From contig OZ024743.1 in NCBI GenBank assembly GCA_964016885.1, positions 102,734,001-102,798,000 of the forward strand: DNA of 64,000 nucleotides. Direction: 5' to 3'. Made by a program: the position numbers and the translations under genes. This DNA is from Eledone cirrhosa. Lineage: Eukaryota. This document shows positions 30,622 through 44,372 of this stretch, piece by piece (within the stretch, counting starts at the first letter, position 1; the number at the start of each line of letters is the position of its first letter). The notes beneath the pieces are model-generated. The model saw nothing but the letters and a program-made list of their open reading frames with translations, searched no databases and had not been told where the DNA came from.

Positions 30622-31261
30622 CAACATGCTGTGACCAGCGGCGCCGAGCGGCGCCCGACAGATTGGTCGGTCTAGGTGATCCAGGTAATATATTTACATA
30701 TATATGTATATACATGTATATATACATATATACATGTGTGTGTATGTATGTGTGTATATATATAAATATGTATATCTATCTATCTATATGTATATATGTA
30801 TATTTATATATATATATATCTATATGTATATGTATATATATCTATCTATCTATATGTGTGTATATATATCTATATCTATATGTATATATATATCTATCTA
30901 TATGTATATGTATATATTTATCTATCTATATGTATATATATATCTATCTATATGTATATGTATATATATATGTATACATATATATATACATATACATATA
31001 GATAGATAGATATATATACATATACATATCGATAAATAGATATATACATATACATATAGATAGATATATATACATATATATATATATATAGATATATATA
31101 TACATATACATAGATATATATACATATACATATATACATACATATGTATATATATACACACATACATACACACACATGTATGTATGTATATATATATATA
31201 TATGTGTAAATATATCACCTGGATCACCTTGACCGACCAGTCTGTCGGTCGCAGCATGTTG
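30622..31261. repeat. Foldback element with unique termini and microsatellite-filled inverted arms
   Basis: caacatgctg..cgacagattggtcggtctaggtgatccaggt on the left versus acctggatcaccttgaccgaccagtctgtcg..cagcatgttg on the right. Confidence 0.8.
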
Positions 31262-31309
31262 CTCTTTAAGCCATACAATGACACCATCCCACTGGCTGGG
31301 CGGGCAGGC

Positions 31310-31595
31310 CGTAAGTCTAAAGTATGTCTTAAGCCAGAAGGCTCATTTTGGCCGGAGTTTATCCCGGTTTCATGGCGTAAAGCGACTGAGAGTACAAGAC
31401 CTGGACAGGACGCCAGTCCATTGCAGGGTTAAACCGCCAGCTATTGCTGGTACTCATTTTCAGCTGAGTAAACTGGAGCAACGTGAAATAAAGTGTCTTT
31501 CTCAAGGAAACAACACATCACCTGGTCCGAGAATTGAACTGACAAACTTTCGGTTGCAAGTCTGCTGCTCTAACCACTAAGCCATGCGTCTTCAC
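31310..31595 (-). mobile_element. tRNA-derived SINE (V-SINE-like)
   Basis: Minus strand has A box tggcttagtggttagagc, B box agttcaattctc, then tccttgagaaagacactt and ccctgcaatggactggcgtcctgtccagg. Confidence 0.75.
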
Positions 31596-31610
31596 ATGTA
31601 AATATATATG

Positions 31611-31643
<33 letters not shown>

Positions 31644-32159
31644 GTATATATATATGTATATACTATTTGGCCCGTAGACTGGCCCCCGTCTAGGTATACC
31701 GGCATTTTATCCTTTCAGGAATCCCCCCCCCCCGTACACTCCAGTGCAAAGATACCTCACGCCCTTTGAAGTCAGCGAGGTGTGTGTGCGTGAGTGGGTG
31801 CCTCTGATGTTGGGTTTGAATAGTTTTTAGGATACCCCAGTTCAGCAGCCAGTACGTTAGAGTAAATTGATAGTTAAAACAATAAAGGCTGAACAGAGAA
31901 CACATTTTTTAACAAACAATAATTTGTACATCCATAATGGAAATTCCTAGTAATAGAAAATATTTAAATTACATTGTTAGGGCCTCAAAGTATACAATAA
32001 TTTTTGTTCGGCCTTCCGGAGCAAAGATGAAAAGATTGTTTGGCGAGCTCACCCTAGAGCATCCTACATACATATTTTTGTTATTGTATTTCCCGAGCCG
32101 GAGGGATATGGTCTGTAATGCGAAGAAATACTTATGATGGCTAGTAGACCACTGAGACT

Positions 32160-32440
32160 ATGGGAGAATCACTGGTTTCGTAGCTCGTCTTGATTGTTCC
32201 ACAGTGCGTGAGGGTCGGCGAGATCGCAGTTGTGCAGCATAATAGCAAAAAGATTTTGCAGCTGAGAAGCGACTTTAGCATTTGCTGCTTCTTGTAGGGT
32301 GAGGTGCCAATGGCTGTCATCGTGTAACATACCACGCATCTGGCAAGCCAAACGGTAAGTGGAACATTGATGACCATTGATGGTTCTCAGATCTTGGAAA
32401 GGCTGTGGTTCTCTAACCTCGAACAGTAACAATGACGATA
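32160..32440 (-). mobile_element. Helitron RepHel coding fragment
   Basis: LLFEVREPQPFQDLRTING..TYRLACQMRGMLHDDSHWHLTLQEA..QLQNLFAIML..C..P.ALW matches the conserved Helitron segment upstream of the PIF1-like helicase. Confidence 0.8.
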
Positions 32441-32914
32441 AGCCGTATGTGCTTTCGTGAAAGAAATAGGTTTTTGTTTTTGTGTATGCAAAAATATAAC
32501 AGATTAAAGTTTAAGCAAAGAATCGCTGCTTTCACCCTTAACAGGATCTTCTGAAACTAAAAAAAAACGCTGTGAACGCAAAAGTAAATATTTCGAAAAA
32601 CGTTATCTAATGCAGACAGCCAGACATACAACTAAGAAAAAGAGGGGAATTTTGTGCAACGTCATAAGAAGAAATGAGGAATGACGTATAACCGGAAGTG
32701 TTGACATTTGAACTTTTAAAGAAGTGAATATCTAAATAATGTCTTTAATCTTTTAACAAAATTCAGTAGACAAAAATACCCTCACTTTTTTACTTGGAAA
32801 AAGTTGCATCTATGGTGGAAATTTGGTGCTGTTTGATTCAGCCCTTTGGCGGAAAGTTTGTTACCTACATACGGCCGTCAGCTTTATAGTATATGTATAT
32901 ATATATATATGTAC

Positions 32915-33009
<95 letters not shown>

Positions 33010-33072
33010 AACGAGTGGGACCCCGACGGCTGAGCTCAAGCTGTTTCGACGGCTAATTCTGGACTATATATA

Positions 33073-33450
33073 TATACAATATGTTGAAAAGGTAACACAC
33101 TAGAGAGAGATACAGTGCGCTATCAATTATTTCATTTCATTTCATTTCTGTCAACAACTTACTGGCGACACAGATCACTTTGGATTTGTACGTGTGTTAT
33201 ATAGTTATAGAGGTATTTATTTACGCTTTAATTTATATTTTTAATTATCGTGTCTATACTCTGCCTTTCATAGGTTATAGATTCCATACACGGTGGTTTT
33301 CCCCTGTTTTATTGATAGCGCACTGTATCTCTCTCTAGTGTGTTACCTTTTCAACATATTGTATTTTAAAGAGCTCAGGATTTCCTCTCCTTTGAGCACA
33401 TTATTTACAGGGAACGGCGAGAGTATATGGCTCCGTTAATGTATCGTGAT
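33073..33450. repeat. Cassette with a 54-bp inverted repeat (PLE-LTR-like)
   Basis: 33073-33126 is the reverse complement of 33311-33364. The cassette is flanked by (TA)n. Confidence 0.75.
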
Positions 33451-33459
33451 ATATATATA

Positions 33460-34012
33460 TAATAAAATGAAGAATTTGAAATAGGACTTTCCATCATCAG
33501 TGGTCTACTAGCCATCATAGGTATTTCTTCGCATTATAGACCATATACCTCCGGCTAGGGCAATACAATAACTAAAATAAGTTATTGGGATAAAAAGAAT
33601 TGGGTGGAGAAAGAGAGACAGGTAAACAAACACGAATGGTGAGGCAACGTAAAGAGAGGAAAAAATGAGAAAATCAAGTCAATGATCATGTTGAACATAA
33701 GAACTTGCGAATATTGACGAGAAGGCAAAGAAACCTCTTGGCCGTGCGAATGTGAGCGAAGAAAGAATTTCGCACGGTATGGGACGATAGAGTGAGAGGG
33801 AGGGTGAGTAGCAGAGAGTGAGTGAGTGAAAGTGTGGGGAAGAGGCTAGCCGAGAGCGCGTGACTAGCAGAGGGGTGAGTGAAAGTAAGAGGGAAAAGGA
33901 GAGAGAAGGGGGAGAGAGAAAGAGGATAGCAGTAAGGGAAGAGAAAAAGACAGGTCACGGCGAAGGGAAAAGCATATATGAATAAAAAATGGCGAGCTGT
34001 GTTGTTGCATAT
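33460..34012 (-). repeat. Unclassified 500-bp dispersed element
   Basis: Reverse complement is collinear with 8470-8965. Confidence 0.65.
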
Positions 34013-34042
34013 ATGATATATCTTAATTTTATTATTTATATC

Positions 34043-34084
<42 letters not shown>

Positions 34085-34240
34085 TTGCTGAAAAAAGAAG
34101 TGACATAGTCACTACTTTAAAATAATAGGGCAAGGTCTTCAAAATGTTTTTAATTAAACATACAGTATATTGCCAAATATACTATACATATATTCATGTA
34201 TACATCGCTATTTCAGAACACCAATCCTAATATATATATA

Positions 34241-34445
34241 TAGGAAAAAGTATGACTCCGACGGCAGAGCTCAAGCTGTTTCGACCGCTATTTCTGTACT
34301 GAAATTTAGTCCAGAAATAGCCGTCGAAACGGCTTGAGCTCTGCCGTCGGGGTCATACGTTTTCCTATTTCCCACTCTACTACCCTAAGTATTGAGTACT
34401 CTGGTGCGTTATGGTCCATCTGGTTCCTTACCACAATTCCTTTGT
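34241..34445. repeat. Family C foldback cassette
   Basis: Palindrome 34241-34366 centred on gaaatt, with the right arm extended. Confidence 0.8.
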
Positions 34446-34479
<34 letters not shown>

Positions 34480-34602
34480 CGTGTGTGTGTAAATATTTAT
34501 ATATATATATATAGATGAGATTCTACAGGACTAGAACTGTTTCATTCTTGAGAAATCATCACTTACTGTGGTGACCTCCGACTCAACCCGGAACAACTTA
34601 CC

Positions 34603-34787
<185 letters not shown>

Positions 34788-35101
34788 AGTGTGTATATAC
34801 ATATATATATATATATGCGCGAGTGTGTGTGTGTATAAATATATAAGAAAAGTTAACAAGGAAATACATGGGACTACAATATAATACAATGACGATATAC
34901 ATTATTTAGTGATTGATATAGTAGAAAGACCTTGACGTTTCGGGCATTATTCCTTCAGTGGAAGATAGAATGAAAGGGAGAAGAGAAAATAAGAACATAG
35001 GCGAGAGTACGAAAATAAAATAAAAGGGGAGAAATATTTGAATATGAGGAAAACACGTGTAGTTTCAGCCACACTCCTTTAACCATCTTTTGATCTTATA
35101 T

Positions 35102-35138
<37 letters not shown>

Positions 35139-36579
35139 ATGTGTGTTCGTGTGTGTGTGTATGTGTGTGTGTGCGTGTGTATGTGTGTGTGTGCGTGTGT
35201 GTGCGTGTGTGTGTGTATGTGTGTATGTGGGTGTGTGCGTGTGTGTGTGTGCGTGTGTGTGGTGCGCTTACATTGCATTATATTTTGTTTGGTTCTTTCC
35301 GAGAAGCTTTGGTTCATATACTAAAGACTAACAAAACAATACATTGACGGCTGACCTGACAGATACGTTATTACTGATTCGAATTTCATGTTATTCTCAC
35401 TGTTACATTGATATGTTAAACTACTCTAATATTGTGAGCGAACATTTAATTAATTTCTATTGTCAATTCAATCCTTGACACGGCATTGGATTTCCATAGC
35501 AACTGAAAAAGTATTTGTCAGAACATGATGAATGGAATTCGTCTCTATTGACCAATCAATGACAGAAATTATTTCGCCTCTTACATTTTTTCATATTTTG
35601 ATGCAAATGTGTCGGCCTGTATTTCAGAGGCTTCAAATATATTGAATTAAGAGATTAAATTCAGAAGCTCTTTCTTACGGAAATAATCATTGAAAATATG
35701 ACAACCGACCAAATTCTACATCAGTGACCTTTTATCTGTTATAAGGTCTAAGCGCGTGATGTCTATCTGCATTAAAACAATATCAAACAATGAAATTACA
35801 TTGATAATCGAAGATTGGTCTTTGTTTCCATCATAAACGTCAGCTGGTAAAATTTCACACGAAGATTTAAGTAAAGCAACATTTACAACCTTATCTATCT
35901 AATGCACATTGTCACATATATATAGAGAGCGCAGTAAGACATTTGAATTACAAATTTGACGGATCTTCCTTCTTTCTCTTAATGCGCATTTCTCGCGCGA
36001 ATCTCATGTATAGTTTAATTTTCTATAGCTTTAGGCGAATATGTAACGAACCTAATAAAATAGAATAGAAAGCTTACCAATTATAGGTTAAAGTTTGAGG
36101 CGTTTTGGTATCTATTTTAATTTTTCAAGTGATGTTACCTAATTCCCACTTGAATATTCTAATTTAAAAACACATTAATACTTAACTGGGAGTTAAACGA
36201 ATATACTCTGTATCACTAAATTAGTTACGGATATGTCCCGCCGGAAATGAACCAAAACGCCTTATGTGCAACTACGGAGATGAACGCTGAGGTATTATTT
36301 AATTTACAAAGGGTATATAGATATATAAAAAAAGCATATATATTGACAGTGAAAGAAAAACTGGAGAGAAAACTATTAGTCAGAAAGACAAAAAAGGAAC
36401 GATTGGGGAAGAGGTATGGGGAGATGAGGTAGGGGTATTAATGGTATGAGCGGTAAAGTAGTAAATTACATTGATTCGGAATTATGCTTGGAAAGGCGAA
36501 GCAGGTGATAGCTATAGCAACCAAGTTGTCGATCACTATACACACACACACACACTCACACTCACACACACACACACAC

Positions 36580-36645
<66 letters not shown>

Positions 36646-36789
36646 AATTCAGTGTGGAGTGTGTATAACCTTGAACTATCCAGGCATTTAACAATTTTAT
36701 TAGAACGCCTCTTTATCTGTCATTTTTAATAATTTACCAGTTTCTCTTTGTAACATCACTCATTCAAATTCTTTTATTTTTATCGCCAG

Positions 36790-37080
36790 ATTCCCTTATC
36801 TGAAAAAATTTTGGATTATCACCAAAGTGGCTTCATTGAAGATTTAATAGAGGTGCACTTTGCAGATGCCCAGTGCTATCAACAGCGTATGACACAAGAG
36901 GAATCCCAGCTGGAAGTACAACATCATGCTGGGCTTTTTGTTCTTCTTACTGTCGGAATTTTATTGGGAATTATTGTATTATTGTTGGAACACGCCGCCT
37001 TTAAGGTTCTTGTTCCTTATTTTCGAGCAACACCTGGAAACAGCTGTTGGCGAAGTTCACACGTAATGTTCCTTAGCCAG
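36790..37080 (+). CDS. Exon of an NMDA-type (GluN3-like) receptor: end of S2, M4 helix and proximal C-tail
   Basis: cgccag acceptor and gtaatt donor, 97 codons, phase 0/0, in frame with the previous exon. IPLSEKILDYHQSGFIEDL..C..HHAGLFVLLTVGILLGIIVLLLEH..LVPYFR..FLSQ resembles GluN3A HFSGLFVLLCIG..EH..LLPRIK..TSQ as recalled. Confidence 0.92.
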
Positions 37081-37239
37081 GTAATTTTATGAATTTATTT
37101 GTTATTTATTTATTCATTCATTACACAAGCTCGATCTTATCATGTCGGCCTTTTTTATAATCATTCTGGCCTAACTGCCAGCACCATGAAACGATATAAG
37201 CAACTATTTCTGTTTTCTACCCAGAAATTCTGCATTCAC

Positions 37240-37720
37240 CTTGAACATCGTTTTTGTTTTTCATTAACCACCTTGTTCTTATGGCTTAATCTTGCGCTGC
37301 TAGTATAAGACCTTCCATTTCGTTCTTAATGTAGCCTTTCCGTAACCACAACCAAGTCTTTTTGTTATCACACACGTTTCTTGATTCCTTAAGAAATGCT
37401 TAATGCAGGGCCTTTTCATCAAATGCTTTGTTACGCTCTTCAGCAATCTCTGTCCTTGTGTTTTCTGGGTCTCCATTTTCTTCAAAAATGCCTTCTCTGA
37501 AAATCGCCAAGAAAAGCTTTTCATCTTTATTTTGTATGCTTCATATCGAATTAATGAAATAGCTCTTGTGTTTATTGCGTACACAGTATTTTCACCATTC
37601 AAACTGAACTTAAATACCATCCTCATTCCACTAAAGTAAATTTTTATAACAATTTATTCATTTATATTTCTTTTCGCTTTTTACTTTAAGGCGTTGTAGC
37701 ACCCCTAGATATGTATAAGC
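37240..37720 (-). mobile_element. Decayed R4/Dong-like LINE fragment
   Basis: FSLNGENTVYAINTRAISLIRY resembles the post-RT SKLNGxNxxxAINxxA motif. Confidence 0.55.
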
Positions 37721-37751
37721 TTTGCCTGTTTTCAGTGACTTCATTCACTGT

Positions 37752-38493
37752 TTAGTAGTTCGATTTCATGAGAACTACCGACTTTCCACGTTTCACCTCT
37801 ATCCTTGCACACTTTGAAATACTAAACTCTATCCCAATATTTTCGGAAATTACTCTATGTTCAATAAGGTGTCTAGCTCTTCTACATTACGACTGCATAG
37901 TTTTATATCATTCATATACAATAAATGATTGTAGTTGCTCCTATTTCAACACTGGATGTACCGTTGTTGAAAAGAAGTTAAATAAATATTTATTTCAAAG
38001 TGATACAAATGTTTTGAAGAAACGATATTTCGGTAGTGGATTGTAGCGTTATTTACTGTAATTTAAAAAAAAAACAATGAAGGTAATATATAAACAACTT
38101 TAATCGTGTTTCGAATTTTATTGAACCCTCATCAAAAGATGTGTATATCATCCAATGTATATCATCCAAAGTTTTTTTTTTTAATTACAGTAAATAACGC
38201 TACAATCCACTACCGAAATACTGTTTCTTCAAAACATTTTTATCACTTTGAAATAAATATTTATTTAACTTCTTTTCAACAATTGTACATCCAGTGTTGA
38301 AATAGAAGCAACTACAATCATTTGTTGTATATGGATGATATATAACTATGCAGTCGTAATGTAGAAGAGCTAGACACCTTATTGCACATAGAGTAATTTC
38401 CGAAAATATTGGGATAGAATTTAGTATTTCAAAGTGTGCAAGGATAGAGGTGAAACGTGGAAAGTCGGTAGTTCTCATGAATTCGAACTACTA
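37752..38493. mobile_element. Foldback/MITE-like element with 320-bp inverted arms
   Basis: 37752-38075 is the near-identical reverse complement of 38168-38493, which explains the mirror ORFs 37768(+) and 38200(-). Confidence 0.9.
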
Positions 38494-39829
38494 AGAAAAT
38501 ATTATTTGATGGGGATATATACAAAGACTCATTAAAATCAAATTTGAAATGTCTTAAATTATGTTACAAAAGTTTTGAATCTTTTGCGGGGGATGGGAAG
38601 CATAGTGAGCTACGATTTGGAGCTTGACAGAGTTAAGCATGCTGAAAGGAAAAGAAAAGTTCGTAAAAATGCGATTAATAGCAATAGTGTTGGGAGTGAT
38701 TCTCATTCTTTATGTAAATATTCCTTATGCACAAAAGTATGCATATCTCGCGCTGGTCTGCGATGGACCAGCACGCCCATGTTGGTAAAGTGCATTGCAT
38801 TATTGTAATTTCATTCCGTATGACTAGTTTAAATTCCATGTTTGTCAGAAATGCTGCGAGTCATATGGAGGACTGCAGCAGCACTTGAAAATTCATAATA
38901 AAAAAAAAGTGGAAAATGGAGCCAATGCTGAAATGAGACATTGCTGCAAGTCATATCTGTAGTTTTAACCAATACTGACTGAAATAAATATGCATAAACA
39001 CTTTGTCTTCCGTGAAGATAGCGTATATAAGTTGTGTGCATCAGTAAATTACATACGGTGTTGGCTAAAATTTATAGATATATCCTGTAGTAGAGGGCTG
39101 CATAGAATAATTAACGTGAACAATTTGATTTCTGAGAAATCAATAGGATTTAATCAGCCATTGATTTATACTGGTGATTAGAAAAGTCAAACCTCTAGTC
39201 AGTTTATCTCATTTGTGTTGATTGATTAACAAATTCGATAAAGAAAAGAAGGCGTCACATTGTTGATATAGACATAGGTAAACACATCATTGTGGGGATG
39301 TTCCATGTGTGTAAATGGCAGTCACTCAAGTAAATAACACTAAATCTCAGTGGTTCCAACAAATAATATTGGATAGAAAACCGAAGAGATATCGAGACGT
39401 ATGATGTAGTAAAACGCAGGAATTGATACATTACATCGCAGTATATAAATACACCCTACTGAATTATTTATTCAAATCATGCTACGAACAACTTTGTTTC
39501 TCATTTCCCCGTGTTTATAAGAGAAGTACAAATGATGCCATCAACTATAACCTTTCTCTTCACTGAAATTTGCTTTCTGACTCTGTAAGCAATGATTAAA
39601 TAGTAAATCATATTAGTGTGTGATAAAAAGTAGCACCGTGTTGCAAAGTGTATTGTCATTGGTTAGGTATAAAGGGAAGGATATCTCATATAACCTTTAC
39701 ATGTCGAATAGATTAATGTCGAGTGACATCTGAGTGAAGATAAGGAAGTTATTGTTAGGTTTGAGCTATTGTATGATAATTAATGTTTTCTAATTTAGTA
39801 ATAACAACACCAACACTGTTAAGTAGAGG

Positions 39830-40005
39830 GCGAGAAGAAGTCTATTACATCTACCTCCTTACTTGACATATAATTTATTTCATCTACCCCAAAAGGATGA
39901 ACGGCAAAGTCGACCTCGGTGGAATTTAAATCCAGAACGTAGAAAACTGTAACCAAATGTCGCAAAGTATTTTCTCCAACGCTTTAACGATTCTGCCAAT
40001 CCCCT
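39830..40005 (-). mobile_element. tRNA-derived SINE (decayed)
   Basis: ggatgaacggcaaagtcgacctcgg and ttaacgattctgccaa match the family on the minus strand. Confidence 0.65.
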
Positions 40006-42098
40006 ATCGTCTATATACATTAATTAATAACAGTTAAAACGGAAGCATACACAGAAATGAGTCTTGGAAAAATACTGTTTCAAAGGGTAAAATGAATTCA
40101 CCCATTCGTGGCTAAGTTTCTGATTAAATAGACTGCCTATGGGTTTTAAATAATTTGGATGTTTATCAAGAATTTGGAGGGAATCGGAATATAAATAACT
40201 TTCCTATAGTTGTGCTGCTACTTGGAACATAGCTTAACAGGCTATATGTTGGAATCTGAAAGAATACTAACTGTTTTCCGATTGATTTCCTTTCGAACCC
40301 ACGGTAATGGAAGGATCAGGAGAGCTACATCTCTGAATTGTTTCCTTATTTGCTTGGATTGGCACAAAATGTGTATCCACCATAATGAGCTCTGCGTGGA
40401 GAATTGGCTCTTTGGTGCATCTCCTTCGTTATCCTTCAGGGTAGCGATTTCTTCATTTTGTCCATCGGGACCATGAAACTTGCCCGACACACTGTAATTT
40501 CCATTGGTTAAACATATTAGACGTAATTCAAAATTTAGTTTTTAATTTGTTTGTTGTTTTAACCTGTGTTCATCATAAGACCTTCAATGCATTTTAAACT
40601 CATGTTTACCAAATAAGAGGATTTCATGTGAAAGAATATTGCAACATATTTTTTCATAAAGCTCTAAGCTATTGCTTGTCTGATTCCATTCATCATGATA
40701 CCATTGCACCTGTATTTTAATGCAAGAAAGTATTGATACATTAATATTTTAATTTATAAATGCTAAGCTGAGCATGGTCGAGTGAGCTGCTCAGAAATTT
40801 ACTAATGGATTTACAATCTCACAATCAAAGACGATTGGGAAGCTAGAAGTTCATGTATGACATTGAAGCAGAATCAAATAAACTGAAAGAAATCACAATT
40901 GAACCGAGTGAAATCTTTTAAATCTGATTTCGATTTGTCCGAAACCTGATTAAAACGCTATATTAAACATGCATTTTATTGTAATCCATCTAAATTATTA
41001 CCTCTACCTTTTCAGTTTGTTTATTAATTGATGCGTATTTACTGTTTAGAAGCAGCTGATTTTAGGCTTAGAAAACGAAAGGATGTGCTACGTTTTTGTT
41101 CATAACTTCGCTTTTACTTTTAAAGATGTGTTCTACATAAGAAAGTTCATATTCTTTATATCTTCCTCGTGTCTTTGAATGTTATACATTGCAAATTACT
41201 AACAGCAATTCAAAATAGATACAGTTTATATTTAAAGATTCATCTTTCATCCTGCTTTGAAAATATCCTTGATACAGCAATACATATAACGACTGAAGTT
41301 CATTTAAAAACTACACTGATCATAGAATGTCTTATTTAATCCACATCTGTTTGAAGGTATTGTAACGATTAAATCTATAAAGATGAAATCCTATAAATGT
41401 ATGAAGGAATATCAGTGCGATAGTTTGATATGGCTATTTCTTAGCATCTGTTAGTGTTATGTTTAACTTTCGGGGATATATCTTCCACTTAACTCATTCT
41501 CCTTCGCGTGGCTAGTCAGCTCCTCATTAAAACAGTTCACTAAACAAAGGGTTGTTATATAAAGCCATAGTGAACTATACAAAACTATCAGTACATACCA
41601 TTCTTGGTGGAATTCCTTTATGAAGAAAATATTGCAAATGATCTCATGATGGATTTTGTTCTATAAATATAAACCAGCTTAACAACACTGTTGAATAACA
41701 AATTACTTCTCTGGTGATGTAAAAGGTCACATACAGACACAAGTCTTTTAATAAATCTTTTCAAGAAAAGCTGGCCACATATTAACAAAACCTCATTAAA
41801 TCCGATATTGAAAAGCACTTTAAAGTAAACCGAAAATAGAAACTATGAACAGCGAAAATTCTATTGATATTTTCAACTGTAGCTGCTCAATATATTAGCG
41901 GTCTTGCTGTAAGTTCCATAGAACAAGTCATAAGCTCTCCGAGACAATCCGATGCAATCTGAAATTTCTACTACAAGTCTTCGAATGTTGGTTGTAGACA
42001 TTTCACATTATTTACTAGTGTAAAGACGTTAGGAAAGTAACGAGTATCACAACATCTCTTATCAACTATACATATATATAAACACACAGAGCCAACAT

Positions 42099-42298
42099 NN
42101 NNNNNNNNNNNNNNNNNNNNNNNNNNNNNNNNNNNNNNNNNNNNNNNNNNNNNNNNNNNNNNNNNNNNNNNNNNNNNNNNNNNNNNNNNNNNNNNNNNNN
42201 NNNNNNNNNNNNNNNNNNNNNNNNNNNNNNNNNNNNNNNNNNNNNNNNNNNNNNNNNNNNNNNNNNNNNNNNNNNNNNNNNNNNNNNNNNNNNNNNNN
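42099..42298. other. Assembly gap (200 N)
   Basis: Run of n. Confidence 1.
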
Positions 42299-42479
42299 CG
42301 TGAGTAAGCAATTTTTTGAGGATTAATTGTGGAGAATTGTTTATTTTGTTGTACCGCTGAAGCATTATAAGACATTAATTTGTATCCTGTGAAGGAATAA
42401 CTCATAATATTTGGGCCTTTTGGCCCAAATATTTGAACTTTATTTTGAAAAAAAATAATAATTTTTTTCTCAAAAAAAC

Positions 42480-44343
42480 ATGGCGGAGCCACGCCCCCTA
42501 GAGGCGGGTCTGCTGTCGTGCAACGGCGACTTGAGCGTTGAGAGGAGAGGTGAGGCGAGGAGCGCCACCAGCACGAATGTGAGCAGCGACAGTGCCAGCA
42601 CCAACGGGCCGAGCGGCGCGGAAGGTGGTAACAGCGACAACACCAACACCAACAAGCCGAACAGCGCAGAAGGTGGTAATAGCGAGAGCACCAACAAGGC
42701 CAACAGCACAGAAGGTAACCACGACACAGGGGAGAACAACAACAGCAATAGCAGCAGCAACACCAACAAGAACAACAACAGTGACAACACCAACAAGAAC
42801 ACTTTCGCTGCTGTGGCAGCGGCTAAAAGGAGACCATGCTACAGCATCGACTTAACCAACAGAGAGGAAAAGTTGGCCCAGGCCTGGAAAATCATAAATC
42901 AAGAGCAGACCTGGGCAAACTTAACTGTCCCGGCAGAAGCCATTGAGGCAGTGGAAAAAAGAACGGTGCATTTCAGATGCATCTCAGTAGAGACAAAGAG
43001 GGCAGCGATAATCGCCCAAGCTGACATAGAAGCCGCACTGAAATACATCAGAGAGGACACAGACTTCATAGAGAGGGGCAGGCAATACGGCACCGTTTCG
43101 GTGCTGTTCAAGTCTGAAGCCCTCGCTGTGAAGCATTCAATGACCCCTTGCAAAACCAGCAAGGTCATAATGTACCCCTCCCACATGGGAAAACGAATAG
43201 CACGTGTGCGCATTCCCAGGATTCCACCAGGACTTGATATGTGGTGGCTCCTGGGTTGCGTAATCGTGGAAGGAACGGATACAGTCCCGGTAGAGGCAAC
43301 GAGAACTGCCAGGGACGACTGGTCCGGGGTTGATCTGGAGATACTGCTCCAAATCAGACCCGAAAACGTAAAAACAATCCCGGACCACATCCGCCTCCAA
43401 AACGGGAGGGTGTTGCATATAATGACTGAGGGCAAAAGGCCGCATTGTTTCCTTTGTGGGGAAACGACACACTTGCGAGCCTTCTGCCCTCAACTGCCGA
43501 AAAGCGCAAGGGGTCGAAAGATTCCACTGCTGGCGACGCCGGGACAAGGACCACCAGCAACACCGTCAACAATGGAACCACCAAAATTGCACACCCAGGG
43601 GGGAAACGAGGAAAGCTCTCCCATTCCCCCTCCCCCCCCAAAATACACACACGAACAAGAACATAAACACTCACTCAGACACAAACACGCTCACAGCCAC
43701 AGACCCCTCATCCTCCAGCAGTGAAGATGAGGGAAAACCAAAGTCCCCCAAAATACAAAAAACAAAACACAAAAAAAAAAGAAATCCACAAAGCACAAAC
43801 ACCCCCACAAAAAAAAATACACACACCACCCACACAAACATTTTCCCCACAGCATCACCAACACAACCACCAAAATCCCCCAAACGCAAACAAGCTAAAC
43901 AGACACAAGAACAAATAGACACACAAACATCAGAAACTACAGACACCCCACCCACAACAAACGCAGACACAATAGAAACAACACTAACAAAGCTATCACC
44001 ACCACAATCACACGAACAAATAAAACCCGAGCAACAAAACATTAAAAACTTCGTGCTTGCCAGAAGGGCCAACAAGGAATTGATGGCCCATGTAGCACGA
44101 AGCACAAACATCGAAAAAGACGGGGAAACATTTGAAGCGAGCACATTTCGCGTACCAGATAATTTGCTTCTGATGCGAATGTCGCTCGCTTCATACAAAG
44201 AAATTCGAAAGAGCTTTCCTCGGGATGTGGGAACCCCGAACGTAAAACCCACGTCAAGACTATTAAAGGGGTTCCCAAAAGAAACCCCACAAACCATGGA
44301 GGTCGAACCACCCGACCTTCACAAGACCCCGGAAGGTAAGTAA
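42480..44343 (+). pseudogene. LINE ORF1 (gag-like, CCHC zinc knuckle), split by one frameshift
   Basis: CFLCGETTHLRAFC (CX2CX4HX4C). Frame 42480..43724 hands over to frame 43456..44343, probably at the C-run 43626-43639. Confidence 0.8.
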
Positions 44344-44372
44344 ACCTTTCCTCTCCCATTCATCCTGCCAGC

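Noticed and set aside
34925-34965. Minus-strand ctgaagg..gcccGAAAcgTC remnant, with similar partial strings at 15452 and 34530
   Set aside because: The core is incomplete and there is no stem I, so it is too degenerate to call.
37768-38478. Pair of near-identical 92-aa ORFs on opposite strands
   Set aside because: A by-product of the inverted repeat, with no recognisable protein motif.
39088-39181. GLHRIIN peptide resembling the expected next receptor exon
   Set aside because: There is no AG acceptor in the required phase 0 and the pyrimidine tract is weak, so it is probably chance.
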